A stretch of 64,000 bases of DNA, from contig CAXXFF010000002.1 of the NCBI GenBank assembly GCA_963676835.2, forward strand, positions 512,001 to 576,000. The letters are read 5' to 3'. A program made the translations under genes and the position numbers. Every line of letters starts with the position of its first letter. Within the stretch, counting starts at the first letter, position 1. Origin of the DNA: Marispirochaeta sp. (GTDB taxonomy: Bacteria > Spirochaetota > Spirochaetia > JC444 > Marispirochaetaceae). The notes under the pieces are model-generated. The model had not been told where the DNA came from and ran no database searches. It saw nothing but the letters and a program-made list of their open reading frames with translations. Below, in pieces: positions 1 to 10,297 of the stretch.

Positions 1-755
1 GAACTGTAATTACCGAAGTAGTCCTGGTTCTCTATCTGCTGCTGGTACTCTATCGAAAAAAAATGGTCAGCCGTGGAAAAATCATAGGGGAAAAAGTTAT
101 TCATCTGCCCCTGATGGGTTTTATTACCAAAGCCTTTCTCCCTCCCATGATACAGAACATTATTGCCCTCGCAGTCTTCTTAAGTTACCAGTCCCTTGTA
201 AATATTCAGGGAACTGTCTACCTGGCGGTTACCCATATAGCCTTTGCCATGTTCCGCATTAATAAAACCATAGTCGGAGGATTCGCCAGAGGGTCTGCAA
301 TTCTTGTGGGCAACGAACTTGGCGGAGAAGATCCGGAAAGAGCCCGGCAGGTAATAATGGGATGTGAGTTTCTTGCTGCATTAATCGGTGTTGTGCTGCT
401 GCTTACGGTAATGCTGTTTCCCGGAGCAATAGTATCGCTCTTCTCAACAGATGCATCTACTATCGCCCTCGGTATCAAGGCTCTGCGCTTTTTTGCTCCC
501 TTCTATTTTATTGAGATTATGGGATATTCCTTTGAAATTATTTTTTCCAGTAACGGTTGGGGAAGGTATGTTCTGTTTTCCGAGTTTACCACCAACCTGC
601 TGTTTATCCTGGGAATGACCGCCCTGTTAACCCTTGTTTTTCATTTCGGGATTTTTGCCGCCTGGCTCTCATTCGGGCTGTATCAGGTTTTCCATGCCCT
701 GATTCTTGCCGCCGGGTTTATTTCCGGCCGCTGGAAAAAGGTTCAGGTAGATTAG
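1..755 (+). CDS. MATE family efflux transporter (5' part outside window)
   Basis: Multi-TM C-terminal half with MATE-like segments (GSAILVGNELG, SLFSTDASTIALG). Frame is open to the window edge. Confidence 0.75.
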   Translation, partial: TVITEVVLVLYLLLVLYRKKMVSRGKIIGEKVIHLPLMGFITKAFLPPMIQNIIALAVFLSYQSLVNIQGTVYLAVTHIAFAMFRINKTIVGGFARGSAILVGNELGGEDPERARQVIMGCEFLAALIGVVLLLTVMLFPGAIVSLFSTDASTIALGIKALRFFAPFYFIEIMGYSFEIIFSSNGWGRYVLFSEFTTNLLFILGMTALLTLVFHFGIFAAWLSFGLYQVFHALILAAGFISGRWKKVQVD

Positions 756-759
756 GTGA

Positions 760-2856
760 TTAAGTTGAAGATCGGAAATGAACTGCCGTGTCGGGAGCAC
801 CCCGGAGGGCGGTAAAATCCTGACCGCTCATGGGCTTTCCAAAGAGATATCCCTGATAGATATCACAGCCGGCCTGCTGCAGAAAATCCAGCTGCTCCCG
901 GTGCTCCACACCCTCGGCAACAACAGAAAATCCGAGATCGTGGCTCAGGCCGATGATGGCATTGATAATCGTGGACGATTTCTGGCTGTAGTTAAGATTC
1001 TCCAGAAATGATTTATCTATTTTGATAGTATCCACCGGAAAATCCTTCAGCTGCTTAAGGGAAGAATAGCCGGTGCCGAAATCGTCAATGGCGATCTTTA
1101 TTCCTCTGGCGGTCAACTCCTTGAGTTTACCCACCGCATCATCCTGATCCTGCATAATTCCCGTTTCGGTGATTTCAAGCTCCAGGAAGGCAGGATCAAA
1201 GCCGGTCTCTTCGAGAATATCCAGAATGCCCTTTACCAGATCGGGCTGGCAGAACTGAAAGGGCGAAAGGTTAACCGCAAGCTGAGGGACTATCTGTTCC
1301 CCTGCGGTCATCTTCAGCCAGCTGCTGCAGGCATTGCGCAGAATCTCCCTGCCGAATTCAACAATCAGGCCCGACTGCTCCACCACGGGAATAAAAGTAT
1401 CGGGGGGAACAATCCCCAGGTCGGGAGATTTCCAGCGGGCCAGGGCTTCAGCACCGAGGATCTGCCCGGACCTCCCCACCTTCGGCTGGTACTGCAGAAA
1501 GAACTCATCATTGCCAACGGCCCGTTCCAGTTTCCGCTGCATACTGCGGCGGGCCTGCAGAGAGGTGTGCTGACGGCGGTTGTAAAACTGATATGCCGAG
1601 CGCCCCTTCTCTTTTGCCATAAACATGGCGGTTTCACAGTTTCGGATTAGCTGTTCCTCATTTTGGCCATCATCAGGGTAGACTGCAACACCGATACTGG
1701 CGGCAACCCGAATCTGCTCGCCGTTGATCGCCAGGGTATGGGAGAAGCGGTCCAGGGTTTTCTGTACAATGGGCACAACATGCTCGGTGCGCTTGATATC
1801 TGTAAGAAGAACAGCAAACTTGTCCCCTTCAAGGCGGGCAACGGAGTCTTCTTTACGGTAGATGGAATTAAGATCCTCACCGATCTCTATGAGAATCCGG
1901 TCTCCCATCTTCGGTCCGTAGAGGTCATTAATCTCCTTGAAGCGGTCCAGTCCGATACAGAGAACCGCAAAGGTTGCAGCCCGCCGTTTAATATGTCTGA
2001 GCTCAAGGCCTATGCGCTCAAAAAACATGCGCCGGTTGGGAAGCCTGGTAAGATAGTCGTAGTGCTGAAAAAAGCGGGCTTTTTCTTCGGCTTTTTTCCG
2101 TGCCGAAATGTCCCGAATAGTAAGAATAACCCCGCCGATACGGAAATTATCCAGCTGATTATTGCAGTTTGCCTCGACGCGGACATACTCACCGGAAAAA
2201 ACCCGGAGGCGGAAATCGAGAATGTCAAAATTCTTAAGATCTGTTATACCGCTCACATAGAGGGCGTTTACCTGATCCTTGTCTTCATCATGAATCAGAT
2301 CCCTGAGACAGCGGCCGATAAGATCATGGGGGCCGTAGCCCAGCAGGCTGAGTACCGCTCCGGTGGCATACTCAATCTGCATGCCGTCGCCCACGACCAG
2401 ACTTATCTCCTGGCTCAGCTCAACCATGGCATTCAGCTTTTCTTCATTGCCCAGGAGTCGTTCTTCGTAGCGCTTCCAGTGGGTAACATCAAAAATATTT
2501 ACCACCGAAAGATTCTCTTCCGGCACAGGGCCCACCTGAACCAGCAGCCCCCGGTGAACGCCATTGCGGTCTATTATGGAACATTCATACTGCAATGGAA
2601 TGTCGGGATCCCCGTCCTGCCGGCGGTTGTGAAAATACCGCACTTTCTGAAGATCATCGTCCCGCACCAGTGAGTCCCAGTGTACTCCGCCGGAAAGCAG
2701 ATCCTCCCGGGAATATCCGGTAATCTCGCTGACTGCGCCGTTAACATATTTGAGGTTAAGCCACTGATCAAAAACCAGAATAGCCGTTCGTGAGTTTTCT
2801 ATTACTGTTTTATAAAATCCATCAGGATTCTTCGAGTCAACATTCACCGTATGCAC
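760..2856 (-). CDS. PAS-PAS-GGDEF(degenerate)-EAL protein, likely c-di-GMP phosphodiesterase
   Basis: Two PAS domains, DYLTRLPNR, EGDKF in place of GGDEF, and AEALARW, DDFGTGYSS, AEGVE motifs. Confidence 0.9.
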   Translation of the reverse strand: MHTVNVDSKNPDGFYKTVIENSRTAILVFDQWLNLKYVNGAVSEITGYSREDLLSGGVHWDSLVRDDDLQKVRYFHNRRQDGDPDIPLQYECSIIDRNGVHRGLLVQVGPVPEENLSVVNIFDVTHWKRYEERLLGNEEKLNAMVELSQEISLVVGDGMQIEYATGAVLSLLGYGPHDLIGRCLRDLIHDEDKDQVNALYVSGITDLKNFDILDFRLRVFSGEYVRVEANCNNQLDNFRIGGVILTIRDISARKKAEEKARFFQHYDYLTRLPNRRMFFERIGLELRHIKRRAATFAVLCIGLDRFKEINDLYGPKMGDRILIEIGEDLNSIYRKEDSVARLEGDKFAVLLTDIKRTEHVVPIVQKTLDRFSHTLAINGEQIRVAASIGVAVYPDDGQNEEQLIRNCETAMFMAKEKGRSAYQFYNRRQHTSLQARRSMQRKLERAVGNDEFFLQYQPKVGRSGQILGAEALARWKSPDLGIVPPDTFIPVVEQSGLIVEFGREILRNACSSWLKMTAGEQIVPQLAVNLSPFQFCQPDLVKGILDILEETGFDPAFLELEITETGIMQDQDDAVGKLKELTARGIKIAIDDFGTGYSSLKQLKDFPVDTIKIDKSFLENLNYSQKSSTIINAIIGLSHDLGFSVVAEGVEHREQLDFLQQAGCDIYQGYLFGKPMSGQDFTALRGAPDTAVHFRSST

Positions 2857-2901
2857 ACCTGTATACTTCGATTAACGGCATGGAGCTGCATAAGATTGAG
2901 G

Positions 2902-4716
2902 CTATCGCCTGCCTCTTCTGGAAGAATCTCTTTTCCCCGGAGCAACCAGAGCATTCCTGCCGAAGCCGATAAGGTCCGTCCGCCCCGCTTTTACCAGAGC
3001 TTTCCTCACCAGAGAGGCATTTTCCGGTCTGTTGAACTGCAGCAGCGCCCGCTGCATCTGTTTTTCCTCATAACTGCGGGGTACATAAATCTGTTTCATA
3101 TTCCGGGGATCAAGCCCGGTATAGTACATGCAGCTTGAGACGGTTCCCGGGGTTGGATAGAAATCCTGTACCTGTTCGGGGATAAACCGCTGCTGCCGGA
3201 AAAACAGGGCAAGCTCAATTGCATCCTCAAGGGTGGATCCCGGATGAGAGGAGATAAAATAGGGAACCATAAACTGCTTCTTCCCGAGAGAGGTATTCAT
3301 CTTTTCATATTTCTCCCGGAACTCAAGAAAAACGCCATGAGGAGGTTTTCCCATAGCCGCAAGCACCCGGCCCGAAACATGTTCAGGCGCGACCTTCAGC
3401 TGACCGCTCACATGGTGGGCGCAGAGTTCCCGCAGGAAATCTTCATTCCCTGCCTCAAGAAGATAATCGAAGCGTATTCCCGAGCGGATAAAGACCTTTT
3501 TAATCCCCGGCAGTTTGCGCAGTTTTTTTAATAGAGAAATATAATCACCATGATCGGTATCCAGGTGAGGACAGGGTTTCGGAAAAAGACACATCCGCTG
3601 TGGACAGGCCCCGGCGGATGCCTGTTTCTTGCAGGCAGGATGCCTGAAGTTCGCCGTAGGGCCGCCCACATCGTGGATATAGCCCTTGAAATCGGGCATT
3701 GCCTTTACCTGCTCCGCCTCTTTAATCAGAGAGACATGGCTTCGGGACTGGATAACCCTCCCCTGGTGAAAGGTAAGAGCACAGAAACTGCAGGACCCAA
3801 AACAGCCGCGGCTGGATACAAGACTGAAGCGAACCTCTTCGAGGGATGGCACCTTATCCGTGTACGACGGGTGCTGCTGCCGCAAAAAAGGAAGGGCATA
3901 GACCCGGTCGAGATCCTCCCGGGAAAGCGGCGGTGATGGAGGAAGCTGAAGAACCCCGCTGGCCCCGTAGGCTTCAAAAAGGGGTTTACCGCTGACCGCG
4001 TCGGCATTCTGAATCTGCAGACGAAAACTTTCCGCATAGGCTCTGCGGTCCGCTTTAAGATCATCATGAGAGGGAAGCAGCACCGTACCTTCAGGAAGAT
4101 CCTCAGGCTGCATTTTTACCACTGTTCCGGGAACATCAAGAATTTCCCGAGCCGGGATGCCACGGTCCATACGGCGGGCGATCTCCACAATACTCTGTTC
4201 TGCCATACCAAATACCAGGAGATCCGCCTTGGCATCCAGCAGAATGGAACGGCGCAGGCTATCTGACCAGTAGTCATAATGAGCCAGCCGTCTTAATGAG
4301 GCTTCTATTCCGCCGAGAATTACGGGAACTTTTTTATAGGCCCGCCGGACGAGATTGGCGTACACGATTGCCGCCCGGTCTGGACGCCGCCCGCCTTCTC
4401 CGCCAGGAGAATAGGAATCCTGACGGCGGGGCTTTTTGGCTGCTGTATAGTTGGCCACCATGGAATCGAGGTTGCCGGCGGTAACCAGAAAGCCCAGCCG
4501 GGGTCGGCCGAAGATCTTCAGACTCTCTTCGCTCTTCCAGTCGGGCTGAGCAATAATTCCAACCCGGAAGCCTTCCGCTTCCAGAATACGTCCGATAATG
4601 GCTGTGCCGAAGGAGGGATGATCCACATAGGCATCCCCGGATACAAGAATAAAATCGCAGCGATCCCAGCCCAGGGAGGACAGTTCGTCTGCAGTACATG
4701 GCAAAAAGCGGTTCAT
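2902..4716 (-). CDS. YgiQ (UPF0313) family radical SAM protein
   Basis: GDAYVDHPSFG, CFGSCSFC, DVGGPTAN and QVQDFYPTP motifs. Start taken at MNRFLP. Confidence 0.9.
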   Translation of the reverse strand: MNRFLPCTADELSSLGWDRCDFILVSGDAYVDHPSFGTAIIGRILEAEGFRVGIIAQPDWKSEESLKIFGRPRLGFLVTAGNLDSMVANYTAAKKPRRQDSYSPGGEGGRRPDRAAIVYANLVRRAYKKVPVILGGIEASLRRLAHYDYWSDSLRRSILLDAKADLLVFGMAEQSIVEIARRMDRGIPAREILDVPGTVVKMQPEDLPEGTVLLPSHDDLKADRRAYAESFRLQIQNADAVSGKPLFEAYGASGVLQLPPSPPLSREDLDRVYALPFLRQQHPSYTDKVPSLEEVRFSLVSSRGCFGSCSFCALTFHQGRVIQSRSHVSLIKEAEQVKAMPDFKGYIHDVGGPTANFRHPACKKQASAGACPQRMCLFPKPCPHLDTDHGDYISLLKKLRKLPGIKKVFIRSGIRFDYLLEAGNEDFLRELCAHHVSGQLKVAPEHVSGRVLAAMGKPPHGVFLEFREKYEKMNTSLGKKQFMVPYFISSHPGSTLEDAIELALFFRQQRFIPEQVQDFYPTPGTVSSCMYYTGLDPRNMKQIYVPRSYEEKQMQRALLQFNRPENASLVRKALVKAGRTDLIGFGRNALVAPGKRDSSRRGRR

Positions 4717-4830
4717 TCCGGTCAAGTATGACAAAATTAACAGGATTTTACCAGCAGGGGGCAAACTCCTTATTGACGGCACATAAGCCAGGGGCTAAGC
4801 TTTTAGCACAGCTCTTTCCGGAGGTAAAAA

Positions 4831-5310
4831 GTGTTCTCCTCATCCATTTTCTGGGCGATCAGCGGCCTGCTTCTCATCGGCTCCGAGATGCTCATTCCCG
4901 GCTTTACCATCTTCTTTTTCGGCCTCGGCGCCCTGGGAACGTCCCTGGCCAGCCTTGTTTTTCCCTTTCTGCCGGTACATCTCCAGGCAGTTATATGGCT
5001 GGGACTTTCCATCGGGGGGTTTATATTTCTGCGCAAGCGCTTCAGCTCCGTGCTGCGGGGAACCATTATCTACCGGGATGACGGGGCTGAAAATTTCACC
5101 GGCCGTGAAGCTGCGGTTCTGGAGACAATCAGCCCCGATGAGCCGGGAAGAATCCGGGTAAACGGAACAAGCTGGGAGGCTGCCTGTTATGACGAAACCT
5201 TCAACAAAGGCGACACCGTACTTATTTTGAAGCAGGAAGGTATGCAGTTTATCGTTACCAGCGTAATCGACGAAGCAGATATTGATAAACAGTATAAAAT
5301 AGAGGACTAA
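4831..5310 (+). CDS. NfeD family membrane protein
   Basis: Three TM segments plus OB-fold GRIRVNGTSWEA, upstream of SPFH genes. Confidence 0.85.
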   Translation: MFSSSIFWAISGLLLIGSEMLIPGFTIFFFGLGALGTSLASLVFPFLPVHLQAVIWLGLSIGGFIFLRKRFSSVLRGTIIYRDDGAENFTGREAAVLETISPDEPGRIRVNGTSWEAACYDETFNKGDTVLILKQEGMQFIVTSVIDEADIDKQYKIED

Positions 5311-5326
5311 TCAAGGAGGAAATGCT

Positions 5327-6235
5327 GTGAATGTATATTTACTCTACCCGCTGTTGGTTGTGGTAATTGTAGTCTTTTTCAAGCTTGTCCGGATTGTACC
5401 GGAACAGGAAGCCTACATTATCGAACAGTTCGGTAAATATCAGAGAACCCTGGGGGCCGGACTGCATCTGGTCATACCCTTTGTGCAGAGGGTGGCATAC
5501 AAACAGCTCTTAAAGGAGCAGGTAATTGATGTTGCCCCCCAGATCTGTATTACCAATGACAACGTACAGGTTACGGTGGACGGTCTTCTCTATCTGAAGA
5601 TTATCGATGCCGAAAAGGCGAGTTACGGAATCGAGGACTACCGCTATGCCACCGCCCAGCTGGCCAAGACAACCATGCGTTCGGAAATCGGTAAGCTGGA
5701 ACTGGACCGGTCATTCTCCGAACGGGACGATCTTAATGATGCCATTGTTAAGGCGGTGGATTCCGCATCGGACCCCTGGGGAATAAAGGTTACCCGTTAC
5801 GAGATAAAGGATATCTCCCCCACGGAAACCATTGAACAGGCAATGGAAGCCCAGATGCGGGCGGAACGGGAAAAACGGGCGGAGATTCTCAACTCCGAAG
5901 GAGACCGGGAATCCCGGATCAATATTTCCAAGGGAGAGAGGGAAAGCGCCATCAACCTGAGTAAGGGAGACAGGCAGCGGAGAATAAATGAGGCTGAAGG
6001 AAAGGCTCAGGCCATGGAAGTTGTAGCTGCGGCTACCGCTTCGGGAATTTCCGAAGTTGCCGATGCCCTGGCTTCCGCAAAGGGCCGCAGTGCCATGACC
6101 CTGCGACTGACCCAGCAGTATATCGAACAGATGTCGGAGATCTTCAGTTCCGCCGATGTCTCCATCCTGCCCTACGACCTGGCACAGGTAAAGTCGGTCC
6201 TCCAGGCCATGCTCCCTGTGGGAGGTAAATCATGA
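5327..6235 (+). CDS. SPFH/band 7 (stomatin/paraslipin-like) protein 1
   Basis: CITNDNVQVTVDG, TTMRSEIG, DPWGIKVTRYEI, AEREKRA. Confidence 0.92.
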   Translation: MNVYLLYPLLVVVIVVFFKLVRIVPEQEAYIIEQFGKYQRTLGAGLHLVIPFVQRVAYKQLLKEQVIDVAPQICITNDNVQVTVDGLLYLKIIDAEKASYGIEDYRYATAQLAKTTMRSEIGKLELDRSFSERDDLNDAIVKAVDSASDPWGIKVTRYEIKDISPTETIEQAMEAQMRAEREKRAEILNSEGDRESRINISKGERESAINLSKGDRQRRINEAEGKAQAMEVVAAATASGISEVADALASAKGRSAMTLRLTQQYIEQMSEIFSSADVSILPYDLAQVKSVLQAMLPVGGKS

Positions 6236-7152
6236 ATCCCTTTCTGCCCTTACTCATAATTTTTATAATTTTTGTTCTGGTCATCGTGGTAAACCTGCTG
6301 CGCAGCATTCGAATCGTACCTTCCCGCTCTGCCCTGGTGGTGGAAAGGCTGGGAAAATATGCCAAAACTCTGGAAGCGGGATTTCATGTAATGATCCCCT
6401 TCATTGACAAGGTCCGGTACAAACACAACCTCAAGGAAATTGCCGTCGACGTACCAGCCCAGGAGTGCTTCACCCAGGACAATGTGAAAATCCAGGTGGA
6501 CGGCGTTCTCTATCTGCAGGTGGTTGATCCCCGGCTGGCAAGCTACGGAATCGATAATTACCGTTATGCCACCATTCAGCTTGCCCAGACAACCATGCGT
6601 TCTGTGATCGGCCGCCTGGAGCTGGATAAAACCTTCGAGGAACGGGACCAGATTAATGCCCAGGTAGTTAAGGCCGTTGACGAGGCCTCCGACCCCTGGG
6701 GAGTTAAGGTTTCCCGCTATGAGATTCAGAATATCAGCGTACCCAAACCGATTCTGCAGTCCATGGAAATTCAGATGAAGGCGGAGCGGGAAAAACGGGC
6801 GGCCATTGCACGCAGCCTGGGAGAGATGGAATCCCAGATAAATGTCTCCACCGCGGCCATGGAAGAGGCTATCAACAAGAGTCAGGGAGAAAAAGAGCGG
6901 CGTATTAATGAGGCGGAAGGAAAAGCCGCGGAAATTCTTGCCGTAGCCAGGGCAACTGCCACCAGTATCAAGGCTGTCGCCAAATCCCTGGAAACTCCCG
7001 GAGGCGAAGAGGCCATGACATTGCAGATTAAAGAGCAGTATATCAACGAGCTCAGCAAGTTGGGCAAACCCGGAACGCAGCTTGTACTTGGAGCGGACCT
7101 CTCAGATATGGAGAGCGTCCTGAAAAACCTGGACAGCCTGCTGAAAACCTGA
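6232..7152 (+). CDS. SPFH/band 7 protein 2
   Basis: Paralogous motifs TTMRSVIG and DPWGVKVSRYEI. ATGA overlap with the previous gene. Confidence 0.92.
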   Translation: MNPFLPLLIIFIIFVLVIVVNLLRSIRIVPSRSALVVERLGKYAKTLEAGFHVMIPFIDKVRYKHNLKEIAVDVPAQECFTQDNVKIQVDGVLYLQVVDPRLASYGIDNYRYATIQLAQTTMRSVIGRLELDKTFEERDQINAQVVKAVDEASDPWGVKVSRYEIQNISVPKPILQSMEIQMKAEREKRAAIARSLGEMESQINVSTAAMEEAINKSQGEKERRINEAEGKAAEILAVARATATSIKAVAKSLETPGGEEAMTLQIKEQYINELSKLGKPGTQLVLGADLSDMESVLKNLDSLLKT

Positions 7153-7173
7153 TTCTTTCTTTTACCGATTCTA

Positions 7174-7209
7174 ACCCCGCCTGAGGATTTTCCCCGGCGG
7201 GGCTTTTTA
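7174..7209 (+). terminator. Probable intrinsic terminator of nfeD-SPFH operon
   Basis: ccccgcc...ggcgggg stem followed by T-run. Confidence 0.55.
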
Positions 7210-7269
7210 TATCCGGCTCTTCAATCCCACATAACGCCGATTTTCCGGGGAGGCCGGTTGTATTTCGCC

Positions 7270-8301
7270 TTAACGGGATTTACGTCGTTTTTCCCAATTT
7301 GATGGATTATTCACGATATATTTCCGGATACGGTTTAAATCATTTTCATTACGAACAATATGATCATAAAACCGCGGTTGCCATTTAAAGGGAATGTTGT
7401 TTTTCCTCGCATATTTTGTAACACCGATTTTAAACCCCCGGATGATTGATGCAATATTTCTTGATTGGGGCCCGAATTGGGATCGCCCGGTTTCCGGCGG
7501 TGATGTTGCCCCATGTGGTACATTCAAATGTTCCCCGCATGTACCGCATGGAATTGGGAAATCCGGATCGCCGGTTGCCGTATTCGGGTGGTCCGGATGG
7601 TCCGGGTGGTCCGGATGGTCACGGTGGTCCGGATGGTCACGGTGGTCCGGATGGTCACGGTGGTCCGGATGGTCACGGTGGTCCGGATGGTCACGGTGGT
7701 CCGGGTGGTCACGGTGGTCCGGGTGGTCACGGTGGTCCGGGTGGTCACGGTGGTCCGGATGGTCACGGTGGTCCGGGTGGTCACGGTGGTCCGGGTGATC
7801 ACGGTGGTCCGGATGGTCACGGTGGTCCGGGTGGTCACGGTGGTCCGGGTGGTCACGGTGGTCCGGGTGGTCACGGTGGTCCGGGTGGTCACGGTGGTCC
7901 GGGTGGTCACGGTGGTCCGGGTGGTCACGGTGGTCCGGATGGTCACGGTGGTCCGGATGGTCACGGTGGTCCGGATGGAGAGACGCAAGATCTTGCGTCT
8001 CTCCACGTTCCCCACGTTCCATCCCCACCGGTTTATCAATTACAATAATGCCGTGCACATGATCCGGCATGATTACAAATTCATCCAATTTTACAAATGG
8101 AAAATGGCGGGGAATTTCACGCCAACAATTTTGCGCAATAATTCCGAGGTTTGATAAAACCATTTTTTTGTTTATTACATTCCCGAAAACCCATTTTCGG
8201 TCATGCACACAAATCGTAATATAATATCCCCCGTTCGAAGAATAATCCCATCCCGGCAATCGCGAGGATTCAATACGGTATTTGTTTCGATAGAGGGTCA
8301 G
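7270..8301 (-). CDS. REP-associated-type (RAYT/Y1) HUH tyrosine transposase with internal repeat expansion
   Basis: RLPGWDYS, YYITIC, MPDHVH (HUH), WQPRFYDHIVR and YIVNNP motifs. Probable start is CTG at 8301, 6 nt after GGAGG (track start 8376). Confidence 0.8.
   Translation of the reverse strand: MTLYRNKYRIESSRLPGWDYSSNGGYYITICVHDRKWVFGNVINKKMVLSNLGIIAQNCWREIPRHFPFVKLDEFVIMPDHVHGIIVIDKPVGMERGERGETQDLASLHPDHRDHPDHRDHPDHRDHPDHRDHPDHRDHPDHRDHPDHRDHPDHRDHPDHRDHPDHRDHPDHRDHPDHRDHPDHRDHPDHRDHPDHRDHPDHRDHPDHRDHPDHRDHPDHRDHPDHRDHPDHPDHPDHPNTATGDPDFPIPCGTCGEHLNVPHGATSPPETGRSQFGPQSRNIASIIRGFKIGVTKYARKNNIPFKWQPRFYDHIVRNENDLNRIRKYIVNNPSNWEKRRKSR
7586..7978. repeat. 18-bp tandem repeat (GGTGGTCCGGRTGGTCAC), ~20 copies plus 9-bp half units
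   Basis: Directly visible. Encodes (HPDHRD)20 plus HPD repeats in the transposase frame. Confidence 0.97.
7976..8005. repeat. Perfect 30-bp palindrome, REP-like
   Basis: TGGAGAGACGCAAGA|TCTTGCGTCTCTCCA inside the transposase ORF. Confidence 0.85.
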
Positions 8302-8413
8302 AATCTGCCTCCGCAAGGTCTTCTTAAATTCGGAATATTCCGTCTTTTCGAAAGGTCCGGGTGGCGACAAAATCACGTGAAATCAACAAAAGCGGAAACC
8401 TTCCCGGGCCGGG

Positions 8414-9541
8414 TTATTTTTTACCCCTTAATATTACATACCGTCCGTTATCCGCGATGATTTCAATATTGCCGAAAATTCTTTGAATACGCCGGTGATA
8501 GCCCAGGTGCGTGTTGGCCACAATCTGCAGCTCCCCGCCGGGTTTCAGCTTCTCATGGGAATCATCTATAAGAGAGAAGGCAGTATCAAGACTGGTTGCC
8601 CGTCCCTGATGAAAGGGAGGATTGGACAAGACAAGATCCAGGGAAGCCGGTTCAATTATATTCAGAGACATTCCATGGACAGCGCTTACCCGGCATTCCA
8701 GACCATTACGGCGGATATTCTCTTCGGCAGATGCCACCGCCGCGGCTGAATCATCAATCATGGTTACCCGGGAATCGCTCAAATGGAGAGCCGCACGAAT
8801 GCCGAGGATTCCATTACCGCAGCCGAAATCCGCAATCTGCCTCCACGATTCATCAAGCTTAAGGTGGTCAAGAAAAAACCGGGTCCCCGGATCCTGACGG
8901 TGCCGGGAAAATACACCGGGAAGATTGATCAGCGGCTCAGGAATCCCATCCACAAGATAGGCAGCTTCCTTTTCGTTCGGAAGATCTGTTTTATCATGGT
9001 CGGGGGTACAGAAAATAAGCCGTGCCTTCTTTCGTGCCAGACTGCTTGTGGTCGTTCCCAGAATCTTCTCGAAACAGGCGATGGTTGAGGTATGGATATG
9101 ACGGGTCATGCCGGCACCGATGACAATTGCCGAACTGTCTGCAAAGCGGCGTACCAGACGCAGCTGATGTTCCAGCAGATCAAGGCTGTCCGGAATTTTT
9201 ATAAGCACCTGCGATACCGGATGAACCGGTGCGCTGTTATCCGCAAATATTGATCCGTCTGCCTGAAATCCATTCAATTCCAGATTTTTGAGAATTCCCT
9301 GCCGGGAGGTAAAGGAATCTGTATACACGGTCACAGGAGAGGCAAAGAGCGGCACAGCCAGCCCTCCCCGTTTATCATTGAATACAGCCAGCCCGTCAAT
9401 ATTCGGCCCGCTGTTTTCATGGAGATAAGCCAGAATATACTCATCGGCAGAATCCCAGGCCCGAAGAGCCCCTGAAACATCTTCGCTGTGAAGCCCCAAA
9501 ATTACTGTTCCATAGGGGTTTGTAAAATTAGTTTCAGCCAT
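8414..9541 (-). CDS. rlmG: RlmG/RsmC-like rRNA guanine-N2 methyltransferase
   Basis: LRAWDSADEY, PGVFS, DFGCGNGILG and NPPFHQ motifs. Confidence 0.75.
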   Translation of the reverse strand: MAETNFTNPYGTVILGLHSEDVSGALRAWDSADEYILAYLHENSGPNIDGLAVFNDKRGGLAVPLFASPVTVYTDSFTSRQGILKNLELNGFQADGSIFADNSAPVHPVSQVLIKIPDSLDLLEHQLRLVRRFADSSAIVIGAGMTRHIHTSTIACFEKILGTTTSSLARKKARLIFCTPDHDKTDLPNEKEAAYLVDGIPEPLINLPGVFSRHRQDPGTRFFLDHLKLDESWRQIADFGCGNGILGIRAALHLSDSRVTMIDDSAAAVASAEENIRRNGLECRVSAVHGMSLNIIEPASLDLVLSNPPFHQGRATSLDTAFSLIDDSHEKLKPGGELQIVANTHLGYHRRIQRIFGNIEIIADNGRYVILRGKK

Positions 9542-9914
9542 AGTGGCTCCAGATCGCCGCCATTGTTAACACCACAGCAGACAGCCAGATAGTTACAATA
9601 ATAATCGCTCCCTTTTTATTTTTCGGCAGATTACCGGAAGGCGCCAGTGTTGCTTCATCCTTCGCCCTTGAGAGAATTTCAACTGGGATTAGCTTAAAAC
9701 TTATCCATATAAGCACAGGTAATATAATCAGATCATCAAGATATCCAAGAAGTGGTATAAAATCGGGAATTAAATCAATTGGACTCAATGCATATCCTAA
9801 AGTTAGCACCAGCTTAATCCAGGCAAAAAGAGGAAGCTTCGGATTTTTATGGGCAAAATAGAGCACCCGCACCTGCTGTCTGATTCGAAATATCACCCTC
9901 TGAAAAAACTTCAT
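9534..9914 (-). CDS. YkvA/DUF1232 membrane protein
   Basis: YALSPIDLIPDFIPLLGYLDD. Confidence 0.9.
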   Translation of the reverse strand: MKFFQRVIFRIRQQVRVLYFAHKNPKLPLFAWIKLVLTLGYALSPIDLIPDFIPLLGYLDDLIILPVLIWISFKLIPVEILSRAKDEATLAPSGNLPKNKKGAIIIVTIWLSAVVLTMAAIWSHYG

Positions 9915-10297
9915 ACTGCTTAATCTTTATTGAGAGAATCTTGCTCTGTCAATGAGGATTCCTATAAGGAAGGATATACAACAAACACCCCAGATATAAA
10001 AAAATCTTCTTTTGTTAAACAATTATTTTTATACTACTGATTTCACATAAATTAACAAACTATCACAACAATACAAAATGTAAGCGTTTAGATTATTTTT
10101 GTTGTACTTTATTATCAACTCAAGAGCCGAAAATATAGCACTTAAAAATGCTTCAGCGTACTTAACAAGCCAATATTTTAATTAAAGAATTCCACGTAAA
10201 TATCGATACAGAAATACTTTATTCCGTTTCAATATTGACCTGCTATAGCACTTTCCGTATATTTTGCCCACTAATTCAGGAAATGGAGATGTATACA

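Noticed and set aside
1663..2673. 336-aa + strand ORF
   Set aside because: Antisense shadow of the PAS-GGDEF-EAL gene, no motifs.
7586..7978. Possible CRISPR array, or Gly-rich / Val-Arg ORFs on other frames
   Set aside because: Contiguous tandem repeat with no unique spacers and no cas genes. The other-frame ORFs are by-products of a stop-free repeat.
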